This document shows positions 1 through 12,934 of a DNA stretch of 64,000 nt, one piece after another. The stretch is from positions 153,450,001 to 153,514,000 of the forward strand of contig NC_088791.1 of NCBI RefSeq assembly GCF_011386835.1, read 5' to 3'. Position numbers and translations under genes: made by a program. Origin of the DNA: Chrysemys picta bellii. Taxonomy: Eukaryota. Under the pieces are notes generated by a model, which searched no databases, had not been told where the DNA came from, and saw only the letters and a list, made by a program, of their open reading frames with translations. Within the stretch, counting starts at the first letter, position 1. Every line of letters starts with the position of its first letter.

Positions 1-1714
1 AAATTGAGCGGGTAACAAAATAGATGTATATAATATATGGATGCTGGTATTTGCCTTCTTTTAAACTGTCATCCCAAAACTTACCAATGGTATCTGACAT
101 CCTAAAATTACATTTTTTCCTTGATAGATCAAATAGCAATACAACAGTCGTTAGAGAGACACTTTGGATGGGTGGAATAGAAAATTCAAGCCGTTAATGT
201 AAGATGTTTGTATCCTGGCAAGCTCCTCCTCTTTTGCAAGTGCATCCACAATGGATGTAGGTCCAGATTGTGTCTCATGGGCACTACTCCATATTGGTGG
301 TGGTGTAATGTGGACCTGAATCACACCAGAGGGAACTCCAGGGAACATTGTGGAGTTCCTGAGCTTGTGGGGGGGGGGGGGGAAGGGAGCTTCTGTCCAT
401 GGCTAGCGAGCTCTGGCCAATCTCATCTTTATGGTGAGCACAAGGACTGCAATTGTCAGCCCCACCTGAGTGGGAGTGAAGGGAAGTCACCTTGAGCCCT
501 TGCCATCCTTGTCCACCCTTAAAAGTAGTAATTTTAGCTCCTTCGCTATATCTTTGGATTAAATTCTTTCTAGTTTAGCTTTTTAGGTATCTGTATAAAA
601 ATGATAAACACATCAAAACTTGTCACATGGCTATAGTTTTGTCTCAGGGTTCTGGTGACATCATAAACCTCTGAAATATCACTACTGATATTATACCTAC
701 AGCACCCTCAATGGAATAAAAAGCCTGGTTATGCAATATGTACGTGCTTACATTTTATCAGTGATTAGCACCCTCATTGCATTTCCACCTTGCTCTTAAA
801 TATTTGCCCTCCACTTAGTGTTAGTACAGAAGTTTTAGGTCAGGAGTGTTCAAAAAAATCAAATTGGCTGCTATTTCTTTATACCCACACAACTGAAGGT
901 TACCGGTTTTAAAATGCTTTTTTGTTGCTCATGAAATTCAAAAACAGCTTTGATTTCAAACATGAAACTTGGCAAGTGACTGGTCCATAATGTGTTCTAA
1001 TCACTTCTGGTATTTTGGAAAAGACTTGAAAATGACGGAGTTATTATTTTATTTAGAAATCTAGCCACCATGCATAGACCTTAATTTTTCTCGCCCTGCC
1101 ATGATAAAATTCAGACAGATTTTTAGCATATGGCTTTGTTGTCCCTGCCCCGGCATTCACACTAATATGACAAATCTTAACTTTGCATTTTCTTGCTTTT
1201 CATAGTTCTTGCTTGTCACAACTTTAATATTATTTAAAAATGCTAGGCTGGTTCTATCTCTGTGGTTTCATTGATCACCAGGGATGAATTTGATTATTTC
1301 TGTTTTCTTTAAATTAGGGCTGTCAAGCAATTAAAAAAATTAATTGTGATTGATCACGCGATTAAAAAAATTAATCGTGATTAATCGTGCGATTAATCAC
1401 ACTGTTAAACAATAATAGAATACCATGTATTTAAATATTTTTGGATATTTTCTACTTTAAAATATATTGATTTCAATTACAACACAGAACACAAAGTGTA
1501 CAGTGCTCACTTTATAATTATTTTTATTACAAATATTTGCACTGTAAAAAGCAAAAGAAATAGTATATTTCAATTCACCTAATACAAGTACTGTAGTGCA
1601 ATCTCTTTATAATGAAAGTTGAACTTACAAATGTAGAATTATGTACAAAAAATAACTACATTAAAAAATAAAACAATGTAAAACTTTAGAACCTGAAAGT
1701 CCACTCAGTCCTAC

Positions 1715-2268
1715 TTCAGCCAATCACTCAGACAAACAAGTTTGGTTACAATTTGCAGGAGATAATGCTGCTCATGTCTTGTTTACAATGTCACCTGAAA
1801 GTGAGAACACGCTTTCGCATGGCACTGTTGTAGCCGGCATCACAAGATATTTATGTGCCAGATGCGCTAAAGGTTCATATGTCCCTTCATGTTTCAACCA
1901 CCATTTCAGAAGACATGCGTCCATGCTGATGACAGGTTCTGCTCAGTAACGATCCAAAGCAGAGTGGACCGACGCATGTTCATTTTCATCATCTGAGTCA
2001 GATGCCACCAACAGAAGGTTGATTTTCTTTTTTTATGGTTCGGGTTCTGTAGTTTCCGCATCAGAGTGTTGCTCTTTTAAGACATCTGAAAGCATGCTCC
2101 ACACTTTGTCCCTCGCAGATTTTGGAAGGCACTTCAGATTCTTAAACCTTGGGTCAAGTGCTGTATCTATCCTTAGAAATCTCACATTGTTACCTTCTTT
2201 GCGTTTTGTCAAATTTGCAGTGTAAGTGTTCTTAAAACGAACTTGTGCTGGGTCATCATCCGAGACTG
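1715..2268 (-). pseudogene. hAT transposase C-terminal remnant (RNase H end plus dimerisation domain), with stop codons
   Basis: Manual minus-strand translation gives ...TALDPRFKNLKCLPKS...KWWLKHEGTYEPLAHLAHKYLVMPATTVPCESVFSLSGDIV, matching the hAT LDPRFK and WW...LA..YL..PATS..SER.FS motifs. Internal stops are present. Confidence 0.9.
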
Positions 2269-2389
2269 CTATAACATGAAAAATATGGCAGAATGCAGGT
2301 AAAACAGAACATAAGACATATAATTCTCCCCCAAGGAATTCAATTACAAATTTAATTAATGCATTATTCTTTTAACAAGCATCATCAAC

Positions 2390-2608
2390 ATGGGAGCATG
2401 TCCTTTGGAATGGTGGCCGAAGCATGAAGGGGCATATGAATGTTTAGCATATCTGGCACATAAATACCTTGCAACTCCGGCTACAAAAGTGCCATGTCAA
2501 TGCCTGTTCTCACTTTCAGGTGACATTGTAAATAAGAAGAAGTCAGCAATATCTCCCGTAAATGTAAACAAACTTGTTTCTCTTAGCGATTGGCTGAACA
2601 AGAAGTAG
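2390..2608 (+). pseudogene. Second, inverted copy of the hAT C-terminal dimerisation domain
   Basis: ORF track: CPLEWWPKHEGAYECLAYLAHKYLATPATKVPCQCLFSLSGDIVNKKK, the hAT dimerisation motif. It lies in the right arm of the palindrome. Confidence 0.9.
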
Positions 2609-4466
2609 GACTGAATGGATTTGTAGGCTCTAAACTTTTATATTGTTTTGTTTTTGAGTGCAGTCATGTAACAAAATCTACATTTGTAAGTTGCACTTTC
2701 ACGATAGAGATTGCACTTACAGTACTTGTATGAGGTGAATTGAAAAATACTATTTCTTTTGTTTATCATTTTTACAGTGCAAATATTTGTAATAAAAAAT
2801 AATAATATAAAGTGAGCACTGTACACTTTGCAGTCTGTGCTGTAATCAATATATTTGAAAATGTAGAAAAAATCCCAAAATGTTTAATAAAATTCAATTG
2901 GTATTCTGTTGTTTAACAGTATGATTAATCGCAATAAATTTTTTTAATCACAGTTAATTTTTTTGAGTTAATCGCGTGAGTTAACTGCGATTAATCGAGA
3001 GCCCTACTTTAAATATAAAGTATAAAACAGGTAAGGTTGGATATACAACCTTAACTCTCTGATATTGTCTCTTATATTTTAAGCATGGTTCTTTTTGAGG
3101 TGCAAGTAGATCCAAAGTGATGTTCAATCTCAGCTGTTCTTAGTATTGATCAATCAGTCAGGGACAGCAGACTTACTGGGTCAATTTCTTACCTTCCTTA
3201 TATCCTCTATAGTTATCCCACATGTTCAAAGTGGGTAAAAGTTGCATAGGTGTAAGTGATTGCACAAGATGCAAGACAGTGGAGAATCAGGACCGTGGTT
3301 CGTGGAATATATGCAGGAATCGTCTCAATGGGATCAGTCCAGCAAGATGCAGAGCACTCTGGTCCCAGTCCTGCAAAGCTCTTAAGTATTCCATCCTCTC
3401 TGCCTCCAGCAAGAATGGCCCTATTTTACTCTTTCCATAAACCTATTAATTGGTCCTTAAATCTAGTGATTATATTGTTGCTTAACTGAAGTGGTTAACT
3501 GTTCCAGGGAATGATTGTCAATCAAAAGAGTTTTTGTTTGTTTATATGTTTATACTAATATCTGAACTCAGATGACCATTGCCCCAACTTCAGCCTATTA
3601 TTCTGTTTTAACACTGGTGACCAATATGAATGCTTGCTGGTATTTTCTCTTTTCTGTTTTGTTTCCCCTGAGAAATGTATAATAGACCTGGGCCCAAGCC
3701 AAAGCACAAGAGCTAAATTTCCCCAAACTTTTGGGAAGTTCAAAAGTGGATCTGAATTTCACCACTTATGGGTGATTGCGTCCATGTGTGTGGAGTGTGC
3801 TGGAAAATATAAGGGGGCTCATGTTGGTGGGTTACATTTAAAGATTAAAGGTCAGATTTTCCAGACTGTCTAGAGGATTTGGAAGCCTAATTCCCATTAA
3901 TTTCTTTGAAAAGCTCACCCAAAGATCTGTGAGATGTATGAAAGTGTTTTTATGCTGACAGTGTCACTGTAAGATTGAGTCTCAGTCTCCTAATACAATA
4001 AGATATTGTTCCCCAGGTCTCGAACTCTAATACTGCAGTTATATAAACTGGAACAATGCTAAATCTCTGGGCATGGCTCTTTGTATTGTGCAAGATGGAG
4101 CTGGCCTCAGACTTTAGATTTAATGGCCTAGTGGCAAAAGAATATGTGATGTGCCCAAGATAAAGCATATATCTGATTTGTGTTTCTGCCTGTACTAGGA
4201 CCAAAATGCAGCCCATGTGTAAATGAGAACAACTACACTGTCTCTGGTGGAGTGGCACCTGTCTATCCCTGGTCTGAATTCTGCATTTGGCCCAAATCTT
4301 GATTTACCAAAACAATTTTTGTGTGATTTTATTTTTTATTAATTTTCATAAATTAGAAGTACAAAAAGGACTTACAGCTTGGGTATGCGTCCGAATATAG
4401 CATGCTTCATGGGCTCGCCAAAAGAATTATGCCATTTTACAACTTGTCAAAGCTGCAAGACTAGAC

Positions 4467-4770
4467 CAGTGGTTCTCAACCAGGGGTACGCCTACCTCTG
4501 GAGGTACTCAGAGGTCTTCCAGGGGGTACATCAACTCATCTAGCTATTTGCCTAGTTTTACAACAGGCTACATAAAAAGCACTAGTGAAGTCAGTAAAAC
4601 CAAAAATTTCATACATACAATGACTTGTTTATACTGCTCTATATACCATACACTGAAATGTAAGTACAATATTTATATTCCAAATGATTTATTTTATAAT
4701 TACATTTTAAAAATGAGGAACTAAGCAATTTCTCAGTAATATTGTGCTGTGCCACTTTTGTCTTTGTAAA
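4467..4770 (+). mobile_element. hAT-Charlie-like MITE, one end only
   Basis: Starts CAGTGGTTCTCAAC (Charlie-type TIR), preceded by GACTAGAC, which resembles the NTCTAGAN target preference. No matching right TIR found, so the end coordinate is approximate. Confidence 0.7.
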
Positions 4771-5329
4771 TTAGCCAAATTTAGTTCTTGCAATGACTGT
4801 TATACTTTTAAGATGTCATATAATTTTAAATGACCTTTGAATCTTCTCTCTCTAGTCAATGTAATTTTGGAAGTCTGGTGATCAGCACTCTAACAGTATT
4901 TCATTTGTGAACTTACCAAAACAATATGAAATGGTAATATAACCATTGTCTCTCTAACCTCTGTATAATCCCAGAATGGATTTTTTTCTAGTGGCGTTTG
5001 CACTAAGAATTGTTGTTCAGTTTATCAATAGTTACTCCCAAGGTTCCTCCTTCATCATAACTATTTTCCAGATAACAACCCCTTAGTTTATATCTGGTCT
5101 GTGTATTATTATTCCCTAAGCGTCTTTTCTCACACTTATGTTTGAGTTGACACTGTCTCATGCTTGTTTTCAGCCCAGAGATAATTTTTTTAAAAGTCTG
5201 AAGAAAATCAACTCAGCTATTTTTGAAGATAATTAAAAAATAAAGGAAACTAAATGCAAATAAATAAAAAATGTTGGTGCACATGTTCTAGGGGATACAA
5301 CTAGGATTAAATTAAGGATGAGAAAATTT

Positions 5330-5560
5330 GGGCTGAATCTCAATCATGAACTGCTCCCAGACACTAAGTCGTTTTAGGCTTAGAGCTTTCCCACAAAGGG
5401 AAGTGATGGAAGCCCAATCGCTTGTTGGGACATTTTAAAACTAGACTGGATGGAACGCTAGATAATGTGCTATAGAAGGGAACATTCCCGCATTGGCAGG
5501 GAAAATGGAATGCCTGGGACCTACTAAGTCTTCTCCCTATCTTACTTCTCTGAGTTTATT
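5330..5560 (+). mobile_element. Old CR1 LINE 3' fragment
   Basis: Degenerate CR1 3' pattern (GAAGTGATGGAAGCCC...TTTTAAAACTAGACTGGA...GGCAGGG...TCTTCTCC). Boundaries approximate. Confidence 0.55.
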
Positions 5561-6749
5561 CTCTGAATGTTAAGGTTTAGAGTTTAATTGCACAACACTC
5601 AGGGAATTAAGATTCTTGTTTTGACCCTATCTATGTATGCATTGCAATAGGGCCTTTCATTACACAGTTATAACGTTTCTAAGTCACCTTTCATCTAAGA
5701 TCTCAAACTGGTTCACAGACGTTAAGGGACAGATTGTGCCTCTTGGAGGCAGAACTGTAGTGGGGATGGAAGAGGGAGGAGTACTCTCTGTGTAGTGATG
5801 GCTGGGGGTATTGCATCCGTTTAAGATACAATGTCTCTAGGACACTGGGGAAAACTCATCGAGCAGCAACATGTGATACATCTGTAGAAAAGCGTAGCAA
5901 GCACTACCGTCAGCACTAGCTGACGCACAGGGCGTAAGGCTAGGGGCGTGCCCGAGCCCCACCCATACATGCTTCCTCTGGGATGGCAAGCACTTCTGGC
6001 AGCTCTACTGCCCCCTTCCGTACTGTCCAGAGTGCTTGCAGCCAGTTTATCTCTGTTTCCTACATGGGGCTCCCTGTAACCTCTTAGGCCCCCACAACAG
6101 CACTAATTGATTAAGCTTCACAATACCCCTTTGATGTAAATAAGAGATAGAAAATGAACACATAGAAACGCAACCTCCTATGGCATGAAACAGCAACTAA
6201 CAGTACCCAGCCGTACTACACAACAGCTTAACAAAGGAAGTAGAAAAGAATACTGTATCCAAATGAAACTGCCAGAGAATTTAAGGAAGTGGAATGGAAT
6301 TACTTGAGTTGAAATTTGACCATGACACCAGAGCTAACATCCTATTGTTAGGAAAAATGCCTGGGTATCTTGAATGCCCACTAGTGGTCAGGACCCTGGT
6401 GGGAAGTCATTTGATAAAAATTCTTGTAATGTTCATTCACAAAGGAGCAGAGTTTGTTTGTTGTGGAATCCTAGATTCTAAATTTCTGGACTTCTACAGT
6501 GTCTATATTTAATACAGTTTTTTGCTTTTGATTTACATTAAATATGATTCCATTCTAACCCAGCCACATCTCAGTTATGCTGAACTCAGTGTAGTTTTGA
6601 TCTGTGTTCTCTGTCTGTATTTGGTATATGTCCTATTTTTGAGTCATCTACCAATCTGATCACTACTGAATTTTTAAATTCCTTTCTTGGTCTTTAACAA
6701 ATCTGTTTAATAATAATAGTCCTGGCACCTATCACTGTGGCATCTGAGT

Positions 6750-6975
6750 AGATTCCTCCCTCCATTTTCATCTAACATCACTGATTAATAACTCATTGCT
6801 TCCTTTCTGTCAGACAGTTTTTATCCACCTTATTGTATTATTATCCAGACCATAATTCTGTAGTCTCTCTATGAGCTTCCTGTGTGGTACAGTGTCAAAG
6901 GCCTTGCTAAAATCCAAACAAATTATATCCGCCACATTTCCTTTATCCACCCAGTTTGTCACTGCACTGAAACAC
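6750..6975 (-). mobile_element. CR1 LINE reverse-transcriptase fragment
   Basis: ORF 6810-6992 reads WVDKGNVADIICLDFSKAFDTVPHRKLIERLQNYGLDNNTIRWI, the CR1 RT motif VDVIYLDFSKAFDTVPH. Confidence 0.9.
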
Positions 6976-8479
6976 CCGTCACAATGAAACATTTATTGAT
7001 GTAAGTTTCTGTGTTAAACCAGAGCAAATGTGAAGGTGCTGCTGTGATTATATGATAGAACCTGCTTCTTAACAGGTATTATCATTTTATGCACTAAAGA
7101 TAATTTGAGCCATGGGAGATGATATCATTCAACAGGAGCAGTGGGGCTGTGAAGATCAGAGCATTATGAACCTTGAAAAGAACGGGGAGAGGCTTATATG
7201 CTACAATGACTTGTAAAAAGTATAAGCAAAGTCCTCAAGCTGTGTTCTGAGTGATACTCAGAGAATATCAGCATCAGAGCTGCCTTCACAGAGAATTGTA
7301 TCTTTATAGAAAGAATTGTTTGGGCAAGGCCTCGCAAAAGCTGCATGCTGTCACTATTCCTGTTCCTTGGGAACATAAACAGGATCTAGGGACAGCTTGT
7401 GCAAGAAAACAGTTGGAATAGGGAATGTCGTGGTTTTCAGCAGCCAGCTTGATTATCATCATCACCCCCGCATAGGAGGAAAGCTTCAAGAGGTATTAAG
7501 AGGAATGCTGGGTCCCACCTCAACTGCAGCACAAATAATACTATAGTGCATTTCAGGATGCCAGGTCCAGTCTTGCATTGAGTTATAAAGAGACTTACTC
7601 CAGCAGAGTGAGAAGTTCAACTACTACTGTGCTTTAGCAGCTGGGCTTCTGAAGAGCTGCTTTCTCATTCCTTGAATAACTCAGATGCAGGTGGCCTAAG
7701 TGAATAATGGGAACTAGGGATCTAGTTTTGACCTGGCAGTGGCCATTATGATTATGTGTACATAACAGTCTCCATGCTAGCCCCCTATTTTCCCACTTTC
7801 TGAAACTTTCATTTCTCAGGCCGACATTTTCCAAGATTAGTTTCTGTCCAAAAGTGACTTTTTCCCCCTTAAAGTTTGAGTGAAAACAGTTCAGCAAATT
7901 TGCGATACAAGGAAAGTAGGAAAAAATAAACCTTTCCCATGATTAAAATGTACAGGTGTGTCTGTTTGAAAACCTTTTCTGCTGAAACAGCTACGGTTTG
8001 AAAGTTGAAATTTGGCAAGAAGATAGTTTTCACCGAGGAGCGGGCTATGACCTTGTTCTGCAGAAAACTGGTTTTGATTTTGACTGAGTTATGAGCTTAA
8101 AAAAAATCACACTCCGAGTATGATAGACTTTATTCACTAAACTCACTAGGTGTGCACCAACGGGAGGATGTGGTGTACATGTGTACACAGCTAGGGCATG
8201 TCCTCTAAATGACGGTGAATTGGAAGGCAGAACTGGTGCTGGGGGGAAAGCTCCTCTGTACTTTGTAGTGTTCACAGCGGTCTCAGTTCAGGAAAGCAGT
8301 TAAGCACATACATAACTTTAGGCACATGTTAAAGTCCCCTTGAAATCTTGCAAGCCTTCACCAAACTGAGTGTTGAGCTGGTAGCCAAACTGTTGAGTGT
8401 TGAGCCAAACTGGCTGAGCTTCTTCAGCTAAGATTTATTTTCTTTATTTTGTCTGTATCTATCTATCTACCTACTTTAC

Positions 8480-9062
8480 TTACGTGGCTCCTATAATCAT
8501 AGTATCTGAGCTCTGCACTATCTTTAGTGTATATTTTCTCACAACACCCCTGTGAGGTAGAGAATCATCCCTACAGTGGTGCTGGAACAATGTGTATAGT
8601 AGGGGTGCTGAGAGCCATTGAACCAAACTGTAAACCCTGTATATGGTGGAAGCCACTTCAAGCCAGCACCCCCAGTGCGCCTAGTTCCAGGATCTATGTC
8701 CCCATTTTACAGAACGGGGACTGAGGCACAGAGGGACTAGGGGTATGTACACTGCAATCATGGGGTGTGATTGCAGCATGTGTAGCCATACCTGAGCGAG
8801 CTTTCATCTTGCTAGCTCAGGTACCAGAGCAGTTCAGCTGCAGCAGTGCAGGCTTCAGGGCAGGCTGTACAAGCCTTCATGAAGTGCAGGGTAGTTACTC
8901 AGGTGCTAGCCTGCCCTAGAGCCTGTGCTGTCGTGGCTGCACTACTATAGTACATGGACTAGGTTGATTAAAGCAGGCTCAGGTATAGCTACATGATCTG
9001 CAATAACAGCCTGTGACTGGAGTGTAGACATACCCTTAGTGACTGCCCAAGTTTACTCATGC
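8480..9062 (-). mobile_element. MIR-like CORE-SINE relic, interrupted by a Harbinger MITE
   Basis: CCCATTTTACAG...GGGGACTGAGGCACAGAG (8701-8735) resumes as GTGACTGCCCAAG after 9038. This is the inverted MIR core. Confidence 0.65.
8741..9035. mobile_element. PIF/Harbinger-type MITE
   Basis: TIRs GGGTATGTACACTGCA and GGAGTGTAGACATACCC. The right flank is TTA and the left is CTA(G), consistent with a TWA target. It splits a MIR-like core. Confidence 0.8.
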
Positions 9063-10123
9063 AATCCACAGCCCTACCTGGTTTTCTGGTCATGCCTTCA
9101 AAACCGAAATGCGAGAGGAATCATTTTGGGCCATATCCTGTGGTCCTTATTTAGGCCCCAGTCCTGCAATGAGATCAGTATGGGTGGAACGTGGTACATG
9201 TGTGAAGCCCCACGGAAATCAATGGTCTTGGTTTTTTACTCAGTTCCTGGACAGAACTCTTTCAATGAAATCACTGGAGTGTTACCTGAGTAAGGAGTAA
9301 GTAAGGATTTCAGTATTTGGCCATTACACAGCATGAGCAGCTGTTGTAGGGATCCTGTCATGAAAGATCCACAGGCTCAAGTGCCTTTGCTAGTAACAAT
9401 AGAATTGGGAATAATAAGTGGATTGAAAATTATTGACTGATGTTCTAAATTGTCCATATGTGAATCCCAAAGCTATCATAGGTGATATACTACTTTGATT
9501 GGGAAATTAAATCAATCTCTGATTGCTATTCAAAAAATATTTTAAAAAATCATTGATCAAGGAATATAAATAATCCTGATTAATTTACTACATCAAAATT
9601 CGGGAAAATCAAACACTTTCAGACACACCATGAGTATGCATGATACCTACAGCTGAGGAACAGGCTGCAGAAGGAAATGTGCTCTTTGATAGGGAATGAT
9701 TTTCTTTTTATTTTGTGAATAAATTTAGTTCTCATGAAGGTGGAAGACTTAGAGTACTGATCTGAGCCAAACATAGCAGAGACAGGTGCTGTTTAGGCTT
9801 CTACCATTCAAGTATGCCGGTAAACCTAAATCATTCTATAACAGCTCTGCTCTCCCTGTCCTGGGCCTTCATACAGTCTTCCTAGGGCTTAGGAGTGACC
9901 AAACAGTAGGGAAAATATGCTTACCTCTGAGATTTTTATTTAAAACATTTAATTGAAAGTTAAAACTTGTTCTGATATCTACTAATGCACCTACCAAGTC
10001 CTGGGATTTTCTTGAGCAGAAGCTCACCAGCTGTTTTCTAAGTGCCGTTCCTTGATGTGCAGGTTAGTCACCTGAGTAATTACTCAGGGTTCGATGTGGA
10101 CTTGATGTGCACCACAAATCTAA

Positions 10124-10586
10124 AGGTATGTCTACACTGCACACTCCTTTAGGTGGAATGTAGAGTACATATACTACACGACCTCCTAGCCCAGGTATAA
10201 ATAGCGGTGTAGACAGTGAGGCACTGCTTAGGTAAGTAAAGACATACCTGAATGCTATGGGTATGTACCCTATGCAGCTCTCTACATGCCCAAGCAATGG
10301 CTACCCCGTCTCTATATTGCTATTTTTAAAGATGTTGGAGCGATTCTTCACCTCAGGGAGCAGCCAGAGCCTTCCCCCCCCCCCCCCGCCCCCCCGCAGA
10401 GAAAGACTCTGGCAGCAGGGAAAGGCTCTGGCAGCTCTGCGTTGCTGAAGCCTTTCCCCACTGCCTCCCCCCGCCAGAGCTTTTCATTGATATGCGTAAA
10501 TACACAGTGCAGTGTGGACACACCTGCTTTTTACTGTACACATACTGTACATGCTGCTGCAAATGGTGTTCAGTGTAGATGTACCC
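10124..10586. mobile_element. PIF/Harbinger-type MITE
   Basis: TIRs AGGTATGTCTACACTGCAC and GTTCAGTGTAGATGTACCC. TAA TSD at 10121-10123 and 10587-10589. Confidence 0.9.
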
Positions 10587-10639
10587 TAAGCCAACTCCGC
10601 CTTTCCTCAAAAGTGCTAAGCATGCTGCCTGGAGAACAG

Positions 10640-10840
10640 GAATAGTGGCCTTGTGGTTAAACACAGAATCTGGGTTCTATTTCCAGCTCTGACACAGACT
10701 GATCTTGTGCAAATCATTTCTCCTTTCTATTCCTTGGTTTCCCCATCTGCACAATTAAGATGATAATACTTATGGCATAAAGTATGAAAGTCTGTATTTG
10801 TAAAGTTAGTGGACATTTTTGGATGGAAAGTGGTACAAGA
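10640..10840 (+). mobile_element. MIR-like SINE
   Basis: GTGGCCTTGTGGTTAAA...CTGGGTTCTATTTCCAGCTCTG...TTTCCCCATCTG, a tRNA head plus CORE pattern. Confidence 0.6.
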
Positions 10841-11809
10841 TGATATTCCCACTCTTGCCTTCTTTTCTTTATATTTTGATTCAGTTTCACTACCAACATG
10901 TAGCTGGAATAACACATCAGGATTTGTAAGATACACTTATTGTATGTCAAGGTTCCTATGTTAACTATAGTTATTTTCCCCAAATTCTTCATGATGGTAA
11001 TGAAAATGCTATGAATAAAATAGGCTATCATGCAACCTTGCTGAGGCTTCTGTTTCTTGAGTTGGTGGATCCTAGGCACATGACAGAGATCGGGGACTTG
11101 GACTGCTTTGGGGAGAGGGAATCCTTTTCACCAATAAGAGTAGACCCTGCTGGTTGATTTGCAGAGTGACATTGGACATTACATTTCCTTGCCCCTTTTC
11201 CTACTAGAAAGGTGAGTATGGCACAGGCGAGGACTTCAGATTGGAAACTGACACTAGGAAGATACCATAGAACAAGATGTGAGTATCCCTGAGACCAGCC
11301 CTTAGGGATGTTAAGGCAGATAAACCTATGCTTGGATTTACTTGGTAAAGGGGAGAACCCGTACAGAAGAAACAAATATTGGATGAAAATCACTGTGGTG
11401 AAGAGGGCCAACATAAAGCCTATGCACCACGTAAGTCCCACATAAACTGTCAAAATAGGGTTTTGGGGTGTTTGTATGTGTGTGTGGACTCTTTTTGCTG
11501 TCTCTGTGCACAGGGATACATTTCACACTCAGTGAATATTTTTTGTTTTCTCAGTTGAGATCAGTTTTCAGTTGCATATATCAAAAGGAATAGCTTTTGG
11601 CTGCAACTGCCCCATTCTCTTCTCTGCCAGAAAGCCACAATGTGATCTTTGAGATGTTACACGGGGGAAAAAAGAAAGAACTAGAAGTTCAGATCAGGTA
11701 ACTTTATCTCTCACCTGACAGCTGCACCATTAGCTAGTTCTGATAGACTCACCTTATTTGTCTGGTTTTCTTCACTAGTGCTGTGTATATGCCAGTCAGG
11801 AAGGGAAAG

Positions 11810-12010
11810 GATAGTCTTGTACTCAAAGGACAGCACAAAAGGAGTCAAGAATTCTATTTCCAGCTCTGCCTCTGATTCCAGGGGGCAAGTCATTTAACCT
11901 TCAGTTTTTATGTCTGTAGAACTGGGATATGACATGCAACCTCACTGGGGGTTCTGAGGCTTAATTATTAAAGTTTACAAAGCACTTTGAGATCTTCAGA
12001 TGGCAATGCG
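11810..12010 (+). mobile_element. MIR-like SINE
   Basis: GGAGTCAAGAATTCTATTTCCAGCTCTGCC...GGGCAAGTCATTTAACCTTCAG...AAAGCACTTTGAGATC. Confidence 0.6.
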
Positions 12011-12040
12011 AAGTATTACAGTTATTACTGATATGTGACA

Positions 12041-12411
12041 CATTTGTTACTTTCTGATCCCAAACATGCTAAACCCGTGGAAAACCCCCCGCAGAAATTG
12101 GGCTTGTTTTTGGCTTAATTGGCTTGTGAGTTGCTCGTTGGCTAGTTTTTGGCTTGTTGCTTGTTTGGCTTGTTGCTTCTTCTTTTTTTTTGATCGGTTC
12201 CCGGCAAGCAAAGGCAAGGGAGGGAGAGAGTCAGGAGTGCACAGCAGGCCCACCACAGTCCCAGACTGCACACCAGGGGGATCTAGTCATATAGAGTGTT
12301 GGGGTTCTTAGGGATTGGCTTGTTTTGGCCTGTTTTGAAATGGGATTAGCTTGATTTTTGACTTATTGGGAAAGTCGTGGTGCTTATTTACCGCGTGAAA
12401 GTTGGCAACTG
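12041..12411. mobile_element. hAT (Tip100-like) MITE relic
   Basis: Right TIR GAAAGTTGGCAACTG is clear. The left end CATTTGTTACTTTC is a degenerate match. Internal TTGGCTTG repeats. No convincing TSD. Confidence 0.55.
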
Positions 12412-12934
12412 TGTCTGATCTTGGTTTACTTTAGTAAGTTTATCTTATGACATTGTATTGCACAAATATGTGGATTCCCTTTCCTTTCATTTAATTGTTT
12501 CTGCCTAACACATCATAATTTTTGGTCTTCTGTCAACTGATTTGTTGTCTGCTGAGTCGAAGTAATACTTTAACTTCTTAGAATAAATTGCTGATCACAT
12601 TCACATATGCACTTTGTATATGTGCATGCAAGCGCGTGTGGTGGGATGAGTTTGTAAAGTATATGGATATGATGGATACAAAAGTATACACAAATGTCGT
12701 CTTGTATAATATTAGCACACTGATAGGTGCCTTAACAGAATCGTAGATAGGTAGGTAGGTAGGTAAAGAGACATGACATGGAAAACACCTTTATTCACAT
12801 AAAATCACATTAAAAACTACTTTAAAATGTTATAAAATTACAATATATACACAAAAAGATACGAATAAAATACAACAAAACACATCTTAAATGAACAATA
12901 AACACAAATCACTAAAGTAGCATCATCATCAAGT

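Larger units (their letters stand above)
1315..3006. mobile_element. Non-autonomous hAT DNA transposon built from two inverted transposase 3' ends (about 620-bp arms)
   Basis: Termini TAGGGCTGTC (1315) and GAGAGCCCTA (3006). Perfect 8-bp TSD CTTTAAAT at 1307-1314 and 3007-3014. Subterminal TTAATCGCG-type repeats at both ends. 1315-1933 is a diverged inverted copy of about 2380-3006. Confidence 0.95.

Noticed and set aside
1276-3036. Strong donor CAG|GTAAGG at 3031 suggesting the hAT disrupted an exon
   Set aside because: The reconstructed empty site has stops in all three frames, and the alternative 10-nt microexon has no other support.
7557-7607. 51-nt AG..GT open segment (DARSSLALSYKETYSSR)
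   Set aside because: Weak polypyrimidine tract and no recognisable homology. Expected by chance.
8361-8418. Degenerate CCAAACTG..AGTGTTGAGC repeats
   Set aside because: Short slippage-type repeat with no consistent spacers and no functional signature.
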